DNA of 62,837 bases from NCBI GenBank assembly GCA_049657865.1, contig JBASOB010000004.1:1-62837 (forward strand), given 5' to 3'. Positions 9,808 to 19,417 of this stretch are shown here, one piece after another. Every line of letters starts with the position of its first letter. Positions within the stretch are counted from its first letter, which is position 1. The translations under genes were made by a program, and so were the position numbers. Source of the stretch: Mobilitalea sp. GTDB taxonomy: Bacteria > Bacillota > Clostridia > Lachnospirales > Lachnospiraceae. The notes under the pieces were generated by a model, which saw only the letters and a program-made list of their open reading frames with translations, was not told where the DNA came from and did no database searches.

Positions 9808-10737
9808 TTAGTTTACCTCCCTTCTCATCGTTCCCCTGTTGTGTTTAATCACAGGAATCGAAAGAGCGGCTGCAACTACAACTGCGGTCATAAGCTTCAT
9901 GTAATCTGTATTTAATCCCAACCATAATACAAATGCAATAATGATACGGTATATGATGGAGCCAACGACAAGAGCTGCCAATTTAGCACCGAAGCTCTTC
10001 ACTTTAGAGAAGATAACTTCTCCGATTACGATAGAAGCCAAGCCGATAACAATTGCGCCGACGCCCATATTGACATCTGCATAACCCTGGCTCTGCGTAA
10101 CAAGTGCTCCGGAAAGCGCAACCAATCCATTGCTTAACATAAGCCCAAGAATTTTCATTTTATCCGTATTCACGCCCTGTGCCCGAACCATTGCTGAATT
10201 GTTACCCGTTGCTCGAATACAGCAGCCGATTTCTGTGCCGAAGAACCAATATAATACTGCAATCACAGCAATAATAAATACAAGCCCGACCCCTGCAGTA
10301 ACCCAGGTTTTCATCGTAGAATCTTTCAGTCCGACGGCTGCTGCCTCCGGTAATAATTCTCTGACGAGGGAGATGATCGTACTTTGTCCAAGCAAAGCCG
10401 TATTAGCCTGCCCCATGAGCCTGAGATTAATGGAATACAGTCCAATCATGGTCAGAATTCCGGAAAGAATCGCCGGAATCTTTAATTTGGTGTGAAGAAG
10501 TCCGGTCACAGCACCTGCAACCATTCCTCCTATCACTGCAAAAATCAGTGTAACAAAAGGATTCACATGAAGGCTGACCATTAATACCGCACTGATACTT
10601 CCTCCAAATGCAAAGCTGCCTTCGCAGGACATATCTGCAAAGTCCAGTATACGAAATGTAATAAATACTCCTAAAGCAAGGATTGCCCACGTAAGACCTT
10701 GGGAAAATGCTCCGGGTATTGCCATAACTAAATTCAT
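9808..10737 (-). CDS. ABC transporter permease (BPD_transp_2, TrpXYZ-type)
   Basis: Polytopic; FRILDFADM..EGSF, IRATGNN, GLASIVIGE. Confidence 0.88.
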   Translation of the reverse strand: MNLVMAIPGAFSQGLTWAILALGVFITFRILDFADMSCEGSFAFGGSISAVLMVSLHVNPFVTLIFAVIGGMVAGAVTGLLHTKLKIPAILSGILTMIGLYSINLRLMGQANTALLGQSTIISLVRELLPEAAAVGLKDSTMKTWVTAGVGLVFIIAVIAVLYWFFGTEIGCCIRATGNNSAMVRAQGVNTDKMKILGLMLSNGLVALSGALVTQSQGYADVNMGVGAIVIGLASIVIGEVIFSKVKSFGAKLAALVVGSIIYRIIIAFVLWLGLNTDYMKLMTAVVVAAALSIPVIKHNRGTMRREVN

Positions 10738-10860
10738 AATGATATCTTTCCTCTCTTTTTATGGATTTATAATAAACGAAGCAGAGCATGATCTACTCTG
10801 CAATAGCTTACTTTTTACGGGGAATCGTTTCCTCGTTTATTTTCTTTATTATAACTCATA

Positions 10861-10909
10861 AAATAAGAAGAAAAAAGGTTTTTACAACAAAACTTTTTTC
10901 TTCTTATTT
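10861..10909. terminator. Intra-operon hairpin after the substrate-binding gene
   Basis: AAATAAGAAGAAAAAAG...CTTTTTTCTTCTTATTT inverted repeat. Confidence 0.6.
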
Positions 10910-10939
10910 ATTTAATTATTTATTTATTTAATTCAAGCA

Positions 10940-11920
10940 CTATTCCTGTGCATCTAACTGTGCCTGAAGATCAGCCGGAATGGTGATGCCAAGCTGCGCT
11001 GCTACATCTGTATTGATTTGAAGGGTACACTCTGCTTCCGGTAAATATCCGATCGGCATGGTATCTGTAGTTGCCTTTCCTTCAATAATCTGAACTGCCT
11101 GCTCACCAGTCATTTTCCCTAATTTGTAATAATCAATACCGTAGGTTGCAAGACCTCCTGCATCTACCATACCGCCTTCACCACAGATAACCGGAATTCC
11201 ATTATCGTTTGCTACGAGTGCAACTGTTGGCATACCGGCTGCGATAATGTTATCTGTCGGTGCATAGATGGCATCTACATTGCCAACCAAGGACTGAACT
11301 ACCTGTTGAATTTCATTGGAATTGGATACGGTTGCAATCTGTGCTGTCATACCTTTTGCTTCGATAGAAGCTACTGCAATATCAGCCTGAATCTTGGAAT
11401 TGCTTTCACTTGAACAGTATAATACCGCAACTACCTTAGCATCAGGAATCAGTTGTAATAATAAATTAATCTGATTCTCAATCGGAGTCAAATCCGAAGT
11501 ACCGGATACATTGCCACCAGGAGCTGCATTCGAAGCAACTAAGCCCGAACCTTCCGGATCAGTAACCGCAGTTACTAAAATCGGAATATCTTTTGTTGCA
11601 TTCGCACATGCCTGTGCGGAAGGAGTTGCAATAGACAGGATTAAATCATTATTATCATTCACTAATTTCGTTGCAATTGTATTCGCATTTGATTGATCTC
11701 CCTGCGCATTCTGTAAATCGATCTTAATCTTCTCACCATCCACATAACCTGCATCTGCCAGTGCATCTACAAATCCTTGATAGCTTGCATCTAATGCTGC
11801 ATGGGTAACAAACTGGTTCACGCCGATCGTAAAGACATCCTTTTTTGAGCTGCAGCCTGCCAGGCTCGCTGTAACCATGGTCAGCATCAGAACACCAACT
11901 AGTATTTTTTTCAGTTTCAT
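10940..11920 (-). CDS. ABC substrate-binding lipoprotein, probable aromatic amino acid (TrpX-like)
   Basis: Lipobox LAGC; HAALD, NAQGD, IATP, AVTDP, NVSGTSD, PTDN motifs. Confidence 0.85.
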   Translation of the reverse strand: MKLKKILVGVLMLTMVTASLAGCSSKKDVFTIGVNQFVTHAALDASYQGFVDALADAGYVDGEKIKIDLQNAQGDQSNANTIATKLVNDNNDLILSIATPSAQACANATKDIPILVTAVTDPEGSGLVASNAAPGGNVSGTSDLTPIENQINLLLQLIPDAKVVAVLYCSSESNSKIQADIAVASIEAKGMTAQIATVSNSNEIQQVVQSLVGNVDAIYAPTDNIIAAGMPTVALVANDNGIPVICGEGGMVDAGGLATYGIDYYKLGKMTGEQAVQIIEGKATTDTMPIGYLPEAECTLQINTDVAAQLGITIPADLQAQLDAQE

Positions 11921-11961
11921 ATAATATCCTCCTTAGATATGGTAATTTTTATCATAATATG

Positions 11962-12001
11962 TAACGCTATTACGCTATTACGCTTTAAAGCTTTAACGCT
12001 T
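11962..12001. repeat. Five tandem 8-bp units, candidate operator
   Basis: taacgcta ttacgcta ttacgctt taaagctt taacgctt, located just downstream of the predicted promoter. Confidence 0.75.
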
Positions 12002-12012
12002 TTAATGGATAA

Positions 12013-12041
12013 AGTCTACTATGAAAAATGGGATTCGTCAA
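12013..12041 (-). promoter_or_regulatory. Sigma-A promoter of the amino-acid ABC operon
   Basis: TTGACG-17 bp-TAGACT on the minus strand. Confidence 0.6.
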
Positions 12042-12190
12042 TACCTTTTTCAATTATATTTGATTTAGATGTCATAAGTGCCTTCCAGGCAGCGCAGCAA
12101 ATATGGTTGCCTATGACACCCAAATCACTCTAGTCTCTTTGTAAAATTCTTTACTAATTAAAATAATATGCTATTATAGTATATATTAAA

Positions 12191-12321
12191 GTAACTATTC
12201 AGAACCTCCGAGAATCACGTAGTGGATTCGAGTTTTCAGCGCCAAAATGGATGCTTTTTATCCATTTTGTGTACATAGGTATCGCTAGATGCCCTGTAAC
12301 TGTGACGTACTGAACCGTTAC
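12191..12321. repeat. 131-bp MITE/REP-like element with imperfect terminal inverted repeats
   Basis: GTAACTATTCAG...CTGAACCGTTAC (10/12 inverted match) with internal hairpin CAAAATGGAT...ATCCATTTTG. Confidence 0.4.
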
Positions 12322-12376
12322 CTATTAAAAAAAGACCTTCCCGTAAATATGGGACGTCTTTAGAAAGAAGTGTTTT

Positions 12377-13705
12377 ATGATTACATCTATGACAGAAGGT
12401 TCTCCAAGTAAATTATTATGGCGTTTTACCGTACCTATGCTAATCAGTGTTGCGTTCCAGCAATTTTATAATATCGTCGACAGTGTGGTCGCAGGTAAGT
12501 TTATCAGTTCTAATGCGTTAGCTGCTGTCGGTGCCTCCTATCCGGTTACCATGATTTTTATGGCGGTCGCACTTGGTTCCAATATTGGCTGTTCGGTAGT
12601 CATCTCACAGTTATTCGGTGGCAAAGAACTTACGAAAATGAAAACTGCAATCTGGACGTCGATTATCTCTATCATTGCACTGGGCCTTGTACTTACTGCC
12701 CTCGGTCTTCTGTTCTGCAATCCCTTAATGCATCTTTTAAACACACCGGGAAATATCTTTTATGATTCCACCCTGTACTTAAAAATATACATCGGAGGCT
12801 TATTATTTGTCTTCTTATACAATATCTGTACGGGTGTTTTTACAGCGCTCGGAGATTCTATAACACCCTTATTCTTTTTGATTCTTTCTTCACTTGGGAA
12901 TGTAGGCCTCGATTTATTATTTGTAATTCAGTTTCATATGGGTGTGGCCGGCGTGGCCTGGGCTACTTTTCTTATGCAGGGAGTTGCTTCCGTATTAGCC
13001 CTAATTACTCTTCTAAATCGTTTAAACAAGATAGAAACTAAAAATTACGAGAAATTTTCTGCTGAAATGTTAAGAAGAATCAGCCGGATTGCGATTCCAA
13101 GCATCCTGCAGCAAAGCTTTATTTCTGTTGGCAATCTATTGATTCAGGGGCTGATCAACAGCTACGGCTCTACCGTGATTGCCGGTTATTCTGCTGCCAT
13201 CAAACTGAATACTTTTGCCATTACTTCCTTCGCTACTCTAGGTAGCAGCCTATCCAGCTTTGTCGCGCAGAACATCGGCGCCGGTAAGCCAAAGCGGGTC
13301 ATGAAAGGCTTCTGGGCTGCTTTTCGAATGTCGATGTGTGTCGCTGTTCCTTGTGTACTTCTATACTTCGTCTTTGGAAATCTCCTAATGGACTTATTCG
13401 TGAAAGAGGAAAGCAAAGACGTTATTGCGATTGGTTCTAATTTCTTAAAGATTGTATCACCCTTTTATCTCATCATCTGTATTAAATTAATCGCGGATGG
13501 CGTCTTACGTGGATCAGGTGCAATGAAATACTTCATGATTTCTACTTTCGCTGATCTGATTCTTCGTGTTGTTCTTGCTTTTATCCTATCGATACCTTTT
13601 GGAATTACCGGCATCTGGTTGTCCTGGCCGATTGGCTGGACCCTCGCAACCATCCTGAATTGCTATTATATCTTCAGTGGGAAGTGGTCGAAGTATAGTT
13701 TTTAA
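12377..13705 (+). CDS. MATE family efflux transporter
   Basis: YNIVDSVVAG, ALAAVG, GDS..PL, DLLFV..FHMGVAGVAWAT, QNIGAG; about 12 TM helices. Confidence 0.92.
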   Translation: MITSMTEGSPSKLLWRFTVPMLISVAFQQFYNIVDSVVAGKFISSNALAAVGASYPVTMIFMAVALGSNIGCSVVISQLFGGKELTKMKTAIWTSIISIIALGLVLTALGLLFCNPLMHLLNTPGNIFYDSTLYLKIYIGGLLFVFLYNICTGVFTALGDSITPLFFLILSSLGNVGLDLLFVIQFHMGVAGVAWATFLMQGVASVLALITLLNRLNKIETKNYEKFSAEMLRRISRIAIPSILQQSFISVGNLLIQGLINSYGSTVIAGYSAAIKLNTFAITSFATLGSSLSSFVAQNIGAGKPKRVMKGFWAAFRMSMCVAVPCVLLYFVFGNLLMDLFVKEESKDVIAIGSNFLKIVSPFYLIICIKLIADGVLRGSGAMKYFMISTFADLILRVVLAFILSIPFGITGIWLSWPIGWTLATILNCYYIFSGKWSKYSF

Positions 13706-13707
13706 GC

Positions 13708-13737
13708 TAAGTCATAATTATTCCTAATTATGATTTA
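13708..13737. terminator. Hairpin between convergent MATE and NUDIX genes
   Basis: TAAGTCATAATTA-TTCC-TAATTATGATTTA. Confidence 0.55.
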
Positions 13738-13755
13738 ACTTTATTTGATCAATGC

Positions 13756-14157
13756 TTAAAAATCCGACATTTTTAATATCTCTATCATGTGTCCTATATT
13801 TCCTTCTCCTGCAAAAATCTTCATGTCAAAAAAATTATGTGCATTGTGAAGCCAGTGCAGGGGATGTTTTTCCGGTCTCAGTACAATCTCTTTATTCAGC
13901 ACCCCGACATATACTTCCATATGCATCTGCTGGATGTGCCATATGTAATCCATAAAGGGCAGAAGTGTAGTGTCCTCCTGCGTAATTCCTGTTTCTTCCC
14001 AAAGTTCGCGGTAGGCTGCCTCTAAGGATTCCTCCCCTTGTTCGATTTTACCTCCGACAAAGTTGAACAAGCCCAAATACGGCTCACAGGTTCTTTTGCA
14101 AAACAGAATTTTATTCTTCTCTTTATTTAAAATAATAATACTGTTATAATTTGTCAT
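13756..14157 (-). CDS. NUDIX hydrolase
   Basis: Nudix box GGKIEQGEESLEAAYRELWEETG. Confidence 0.92.
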   Translation of the reverse strand: MTNYNSIIILNKEKNKILFCKRTCEPYLGLFNFVGGKIEQGEESLEAAYRELWEETGITQEDTTLLPFMDYIWHIQQMHMEVYVGVLNKEIVLRPEKHPLHWLHNAHNFFDMKIFAGEGNIGHMIEILKMSDF

Positions 14158-14363
14158 TCCTTCTCCACCTTGCTCACAAGGAGCTGTCTAAAATTTTATA
14201 ATCAAAAAATATACCTTCGTTATATTATTTATACAAATCAACAACTTCCATTGCAGCAATCTTCTTCGCCTCAAATACCATTATCATTATAAAGGGTATC
14301 ATTGATATAATCCACATATTCCCTTGTTTTGACGTGTGTTATCCACAGCCGTTTGTCGGAATT

Positions 14364-14987
14364 CTATATTTCGTGTATAAATTCATAAATAGTATCCATG
14401 ATATCGAGCAATATTGTAATGCTTTCATTATAATCCGCTCGCTCAAGATTGTGTCCGACATCTTCTACCACTTTCACCCTAACATTTTTCCTAGACACTA
14501 TTTTCTTCAGGTGTTCCTTCGTAAATAGCGGATCTTTGTCGCCAATCACGACTACACAGTCAGATTGTCTTATTCCTTCGATACTTTGCTCCGTCGGCGT
14601 AAGATAGACAAACTTCGTTGTATATTTCACAAGTTCTTCCATCAATGTGCTCTGCAGATAAGCTCCGAGAGATTTCCCGATACAAATCACATTACGATAA
14701 CGTTTTTGGTGCAGACATTCCTCTACCGTATCTTTCATTTCATTGATCAGAATTTCCATTTCCGTTTCTGGATTAAGCTTTTTATCTGCTTTCTGGAATC
14801 CATATTCTAGAGCTAAAATATCATACCCGCATTGATATGCAACATTATATGCATAATGTAAGTACGAGTCATTAATCAGGTACTTGTTCCCTGGAAACAG
14901 GATAACTAAGGTGTCTGAATTCTGTTGTAAGTACTCATTGTCTACGCTTACGTCCCAATGGGATACCGTTCTAATATGATTTGTCAT
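14364..14987 (-). CDS. Alpha/beta-fold hydrolase
   Basis: GKSLG nucleophile elbow, GDKD Asp and GHNL His. Confidence 0.8.
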   Translation of the reverse strand: MTNHIRTVSHWDVSVDNEYLQQNSDTLVILFPGNKYLINDSYLHYAYNVAYQCGYDILALEYGFQKADKKLNPETEMEILINEMKDTVEECLHQKRYRNVICIGKSLGAYLQSTLMEELVKYTTKFVYLTPTEQSIEGIRQSDCVVVIGDKDPLFTKEHLKKIVSRKNVRVKVVEDVGHNLERADYNESITILLDIMDTIYEFIHEI

Positions 14988-15122
14988 AGGTGCTCCTCTC
15001 TTTATAGGTGAAAGATAGGTATTTTATCTTTCCATGCCTTATTATATGCCCTTATTCTTCCCTATTACAACATAATTAATCACAATATTTTCATATAAAA
15101 TTTGTAAAAATATCCACCCCCC

Positions 15123-15260
15123 TGCCAACACCTAGAAGAACAAGAACCGAGCACCCCGTGCGAGTTTCTAAGTTCTTCTGCTCTTCCCGTTCTTCCCCCT
15201 TGCCAATACCTGGAAGAACAAGGAACTTGCACCCCCGTGCAAGTTTCGCAGTTCTTCCGC
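15123..15260. repeat. Two tandem ~60-bp palindromic units, 78-bp period (REP-like)
   Basis: TGCCAAYACCTRGAAGAAC...GCAC-C(n)-GTGC...GTTCTTCYGC at 15123-15181 and 15201-15260. Confidence 0.8.
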
Positions 15261-15306
15261 GTAAATAAAAAATCATCTTCACACAGTGAAGATGACTTTT
15301 ATTTAC
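15261..15306 (-). terminator. Terminator after the LytTR regulator
   Basis: GTAAATAAAA..TCATCTTCAC-ACA-GTGAAGATGA.TTTTATTTAC. Confidence 0.8.
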
Positions 15307-15310
15307 ACTA

Positions 15311-16051
15311 TTATAGGAATCTTTTTTTAATCTCTTCATACTTATCCACGGTCATCAATGCATCCTTATCGATATCTTTAAAATTGACGATATAGGTCCA
15401 CCGTCCATAAGGTTCGATTTTTTTAATCTGTGAAACATTAATCAGATAAGATTTATGGCTTCTCATAAATTGCTCTGCATCCAGTTTCGCTTCAATATCA
15501 CTTAACCCAGCCGAAGTGATGAAAGAATCCTTCTGCGTATAGATTACAGTGCTGTTGTTCTCTCTCTGGACAAGAATAATATCTTTGATATCAACAAAGC
15601 TCATACTCTCTTTGCCTTTGACAAGCAGTTTATCCAAGCCTTTTTCATACTTTATGATTTTATCCAGATGATCTGTATTCTCCGGTTCCGACATTTTTCG
15701 GATTCTATCTAATGTCTGGTTCACCCTCTCTACATTAAAGGGCTTGACTAGATAATCAAATGCATACAATTCAAATGCTTCTGACCTATATTCCGAGTGC
15801 GCAGTAGCAAAGATAATCTTTGTCTTTGGTTCCAGATCTGCGATGATCTTAGCACATTCTAATCCATTTGATTCCTTCATCTCAATATCCAGAAAAACAA
15901 CTTCTGCTTTTGTCTTTCTAAAAAGTCCGACACCTTCTTCTTGATTATCGCTTTCACCGACCACCTCAAAGCCTTCATTTCGCTCAATTATCTTACGCAG
16001 CAGTGTGCGGATACCACTCTCATCATCTATTAAAATCACTTTTATCGCCAT
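15311..16051 (-). CDS. LytTR-family response regulator
   Basis: REC domain (IDDE, FLDIEM, FATAH, DYLVKP) plus LytTR domain (FMRSHKSYLIN). Confidence 0.92.
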   Translation of the reverse strand: MAIKVILIDDESGIRTLLRKIIERNEGFEVVGESDNQEEGVGLFRKTKAEVVFLDIEMKESNGLECAKIIADLEPKTKIIFATAHSEYRSEAFELYAFDYLVKPFNVERVNQTLDRIRKMSEPENTDHLDKIIKYEKGLDKLLVKGKESMSFVDIKDIILVQRENNSTVIYTQKDSFITSAGLSDIEAKLDAEQFMRSHKSYLINVSQIKKIEPYGRWTYIVNFKDIDKDALMTVDKYEEIKKRFL

Positions 16052-16053
16052 AC

Positions 16054-16377
16054 TTATCTTCTCTTTTCACGTTTACACATTGGTTTCCCAAGGATTTCCG
16101 ACCAAATGACAGCCTCCTGCAGTTTCTTTTGAGAGATATTGAAATCAAAATTATTGACAGCCTCCATATGGTTCTGTCCATAGACCGCACTATTTTTCAT
16201 TTCCTCTATCGCAGTACCCAGCCTGTCTTTCGGCCTTACTTCTTTTTCAGATTTCATTTCTTTACTTTGCGGTGTTTTCTGATATAGAGTTGGCTTTACT
16301 TTCTGGCTGATTGTCTGCGATGGGATGTCTGCATATAATTTTTCTAACATTTTTTCGATTTTATTCATACTCTTCAC
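16054..16377 (-). CDS. YqfB-like protein (third gene of the nfeD-floA operon)
   Basis: C-terminal LQEAVIWSEILGKP motif; directly downstream of floA. Confidence 0.65.
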   Translation of the reverse strand: MKSMNKIEKMLEKLYADIPSQTISQKVKPTLYQKTPQSKEMKSEKEVRPKDRLGTAIEEMKNSAVYGQNHMEAVNNFDFNISQKKLQEAVIWSEILGKPMCKREKRR

Positions 16378-16426
16378 CTCTGTTCTTCCTCTAAACGGAA
16401 GTTCTTACTTTAGATGATAATGCAAC

Positions 16427-17410
16427 CTAAGGCCTTGGATCTTTCTTATCCTGATCGAGGATTGTTTTTTTCGAAGTTTCAGAGATTTTTTCTCTCATTT
16501 TTGTATCCGCCTTAATATTTTGAAGATCATAATAATCCATAACTCCAAGCTTGCCTTCTCTTAATGCAAAAGCCATTGCCTTCGGAATCTCAGCTTCTGC
16601 TTCTACAACATAAGCACGCATTTCCTGTTCTCTTGCAACTGCCATTGCTCTTCTTTCCTCAGCTTTTGCCTGTGCGATGTTCTTATCCGCTTCTGCCTGA
16701 AGTGTCTGCAGTTGTGCACCGATATTTCTACCAACATCAATATCTGCAATATCAATAGAAAGAATCTCAAACGCAGTTCCGGAATCCAAACCTTTTGCTA
16801 ATATCGTCTTAGAAATATCATCTGGATTTTCAAGAACGGATTTATGCGAGCTAGCAGAACCAACGGTTGTTACAATACCTTCACCGATTCTTGCAAGTAT
16901 GGTTGCTTCGCCTGCACCACCTACGAGACGTTCCAGATTCGCTCTTACGGTTACTCTTGCTTTTACTAGTAATTCAATACCGTCTTTTGCCACTGCTGAT
17001 ACATTAGAAGTTTCAATCACTTTCGGATTTACACTCATCTTCACTGCATCAAGGACATCTCTTCCAGCTAAATCAATTGCTGCCGCTTTTTCAAATGGTA
17101 ATTCAATTCCTGCTCTTTCTGCTGCGATTAAAGCGTTAATGACGCCGTCAATATTACCGCCAGCCAGATAATGTGCTTCCAGCTGATTTACATTAAGATC
17201 CAGACCTGCTTTAATTGCTTTAATTAATGGAAGTACTATTTTGGACGGTGATACACGTCTTAATTTCATACCCACCAGGTTAAAAATACTTACCTTAACA
17301 TTCGCTGCCAAGGAGGATATCCATAATCCTACCGGCACAAAACTAAAAAACAACACAATAACCAATCCTATTAATCCAAACAGTACAACCAATCCAATTT
17401 CACCAGTCAT
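16427..17410 (-). CDS. floA: Flotillin-like protein FloA (YqfA)
   Basis: [46 protein letters not shown]. Confidence 0.95.
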   Translation of the reverse strand: MTGEIGLVVLFGLIGLVIVLFFSFVPVGLWISSLAANVKVSIFNLVGMKLRRVSPSKIVLPLIKAIKAGLDLNVNQLEAHYLAGGNIDGVINALIAAERAGIELPFEKAAAIDLAGRDVLDAVKMSVNPKVIETSNVSAVAKDGIELLVKARVTVRANLERLVGGAGEATILARIGEGIVTTVGSASSHKSVLENPDDISKTILAKGLDSGTAFEILSIDIADIDVGRNIGAQLQTLQAEADKNIAQAKAEERRAMAVAREQEMRAYVVEAEAEIPKAMAFALREGKLGVMDYYDLQNIKADTKMREKISETSKKTILDQDKKDPRP

Positions 17411-17458
17411 TTTTCTCCCTCTTTCTAATCACAATTCATTTTTGTTTCTCACACTTGT

Positions 17459-17570
17459 TTATCTTTGATTATTATTCATTTCTAACTGAATTGCTTCTTG
17501 CTTATCTTTGCTAATTACTCATTTCTAGCTTAATTACTTTCTACTTGTCTTTGTTAATTACTCATTTTTC
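17459..17570. repeat. About 2.6 degenerate copies of a 43-bp tandem repeat
   Basis: Units beginning TTRTCTTTG.T..TTAYTCATTT start at 17459, 17502 and 17545. Confidence 0.7.
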
Positions 17571-17595
17571 TTATCACTTCTTACTTTTCCATGGT

Positions 17596-18093
17596 TTACT
17601 TATCACTGATTTTTACAATAAGCTTTGCACCTTGTACTTTGTAAATTACAAGCTTTGTATCTTTGGGTATGTATTTGCTTTCTGATATTACGTCAAATTC
17701 TATTCCGTCAAAGTTACCAGTTCCTGTCGGTCTTAAATCCGAAGATGCTACTCCGTGTTTCCCGAGTAAATAATTTAAGTCTTTTGCGCTGATGTATCCT
17801 TTGTCTTTCTTCTGCTCCTCTTTTAAAATAATAGGAGATTTTAATTTACCTTTGGATAATAATCCCAGAATAACTGCCAACATAATACCGATCACCGCCA
17901 ATACAATAATTGTCATAACTGCAGCCTCTACCATGGTATCCGATATAATAAAAATTGCAAGCAGCAGGCAGATGATTCCTGAGATTCCCGGTATAGAGAA
18001 TCCCGGTGTAACCATTTCAATTCCGACTAAGATAAACCCAGCAACGAATAATATGATTGCTAAAAGTAACATACCATCAAATGTTCCAAACAT
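17596..18093 (-). CDS. Short NfeD-family membrane protein
   Basis: EMVTPGF, three TM helices, C-terminal OB-fold LLGKHG..SSDLRPTG; upstream of floA. Confidence 0.85.
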   Translation of the reverse strand: MFGTFDGMLLLAIILFVAGFILVGIEMVTPGFSIPGISGIICLLLAIFIISDTMVEAAVMTIIVLAVIGIMLAVILGLLSKGKLKSPIILKEEQKKDKGYISAKDLNYLLGKHGVASSDLRPTGTGNFDGIEFDVISESKYIPKDTKLVIYKVQGAKLIVKISDK

Positions 18094-18281
18094 ATAATAT
18101 ACCTCCTTTCTAAGTTATGGATTTTTGTTTATCTTAACTTTACATCAGAATTATATTTTTTAAATACATATCCTCTAAGTTATACATCTTTCTACCTATA
18201 ATGTCATTTATCGCCATTCAAATTACAAGGAGAAGTGCTGCTATCTTACAAGTACCTTTGCAGATATCTATTTCCTACGGA

Positions 18282-19121
18282 TTAGTGATTACTCATTCCT
18301 GACTGTTTCGGTAATTCTATCGTAAATATCGTTTTATCCGGTTTAGAAGATACCTGTATGAAACCTTCCGCTTCCTGAACGATTCTCAGGGCAATTGCAA
18401 GTCCCATTCCGTGATTTGGTTCCTGCTTCGTGGTTACTCCCTGCTTAAAGATATCATTGATCAGGTTTTTATCGATTTCCGGTCCGTTGTTACTGATCAA
18501 GAAAGTATAATGATCCAAATCCTCACTTATTTCAATCCAGATGCTTTTCTCTTTCTCTTGCGCAGATACGGCAGTAATACCGTTATCAATCACATTGGCA
18601 AGCACTTTGCACAGGTTCCAGGGTTCAATCGGCAGGTTACGCAAATCCGAACGAATTTCCAGAAATAAGTCGATTCCCTTTTTCTCGGCGACCTCCATCT
18701 TAGCCTGTAACAACGCATTCACGGCAGGCTGCGCTGTTTTAAGAGCCTTACTGACCTTCAGTATATCTTTATAGACCGGATTAATATAGTTTTTGATTTC
18801 TTCATATTCCTCCAGCTCAAGAAGTCCATAAATCACCTGGAAATGATTCAGATAATCATGTCTCTCCGACCGGAGCTTTGTGTTCAGTTCCTCTAAATTC
18901 TGTATACTTTCCATCATGTCTGCATTTTTATATCTTGAAGCAAAATATAATCCAAAGATCGTGACCAGATTACCAAATAGCAGTACTCCGAGCGAGACGT
19001 AGATATATATATTCACTTCATTCATGACCGTACGGCCAATCACAATCCATATCACCGATCCAATTATGAACTGCAGTACATTGATGCTAACGAGTGCCAT
19101 TGAGATTTTCTTAATGCTCAT
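18282..19121 (-). CDS. Sensor histidine kinase (Spo0B-like H-box, GHKL)
   Basis: Two TM helices, LRSERHDYLNH H-box, NVIDNG, NNGP, GVTTK, HGMGL. Confidence 0.88.
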   Translation of the reverse strand: MSIKKISMALVSINVLQFIIGSVIWIVIGRTVMNEVNIYIYVSLGVLLFGNLVTIFGLYFASRYKNADMMESIQNLEELNTKLRSERHDYLNHFQVIYGLLELEEYEEIKNYINPVYKDILKVSKALKTAQPAVNALLQAKMEVAEKKGIDLFLEIRSDLRNLPIEPWNLCKVLANVIDNGITAVSAQEKEKSIWIEISEDLDHYTFLISNNGPEIDKNLINDIFKQGVTTKQEPNHGMGLAIALRIVQEAEGFIQVSSKPDKTIFTIELPKQSGMSNH

Positions 19122-19345
19122 CTTTACTCTCCTGTATCAATTGCAGCAATTTCTGCTGCCTCATTTTAATTTAATTATATTCTACCACATTTTAACATAT
19201 TGTGTTTATTATTCTGTTAATTATAATCATATTTTAATTATTTTATTCTTAATTCTCGAAGCATTTTCTCCTGTGTCTCAGCTTGATTTACAGGCTGCGG
19301 ATTCTCTGGCTTCTCCCTAGTTCCAATCAGCCCCTCGCAACGCAG

Positions 19346-19389
19346 TAAAAACTCAATACGGTACTAGGTACGTACGCATTGAGTTTTTA
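19346..19389 (-). terminator. Hairpin downstream of the AraC response regulator
   Basis: TAAAAACTCAAT...ATTGAGTTTTTA. Confidence 0.55.
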
Positions 19390-19417
19390 GAATATCCTAT
19401 TAGGATGGTTTTATTGC

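Noticed and set aside
15123..15260. Possible CRISPR mini-array
   Set aside because: Only two ~60-bp units with an ~19-bp linker, no unique spacers and no cas genes.
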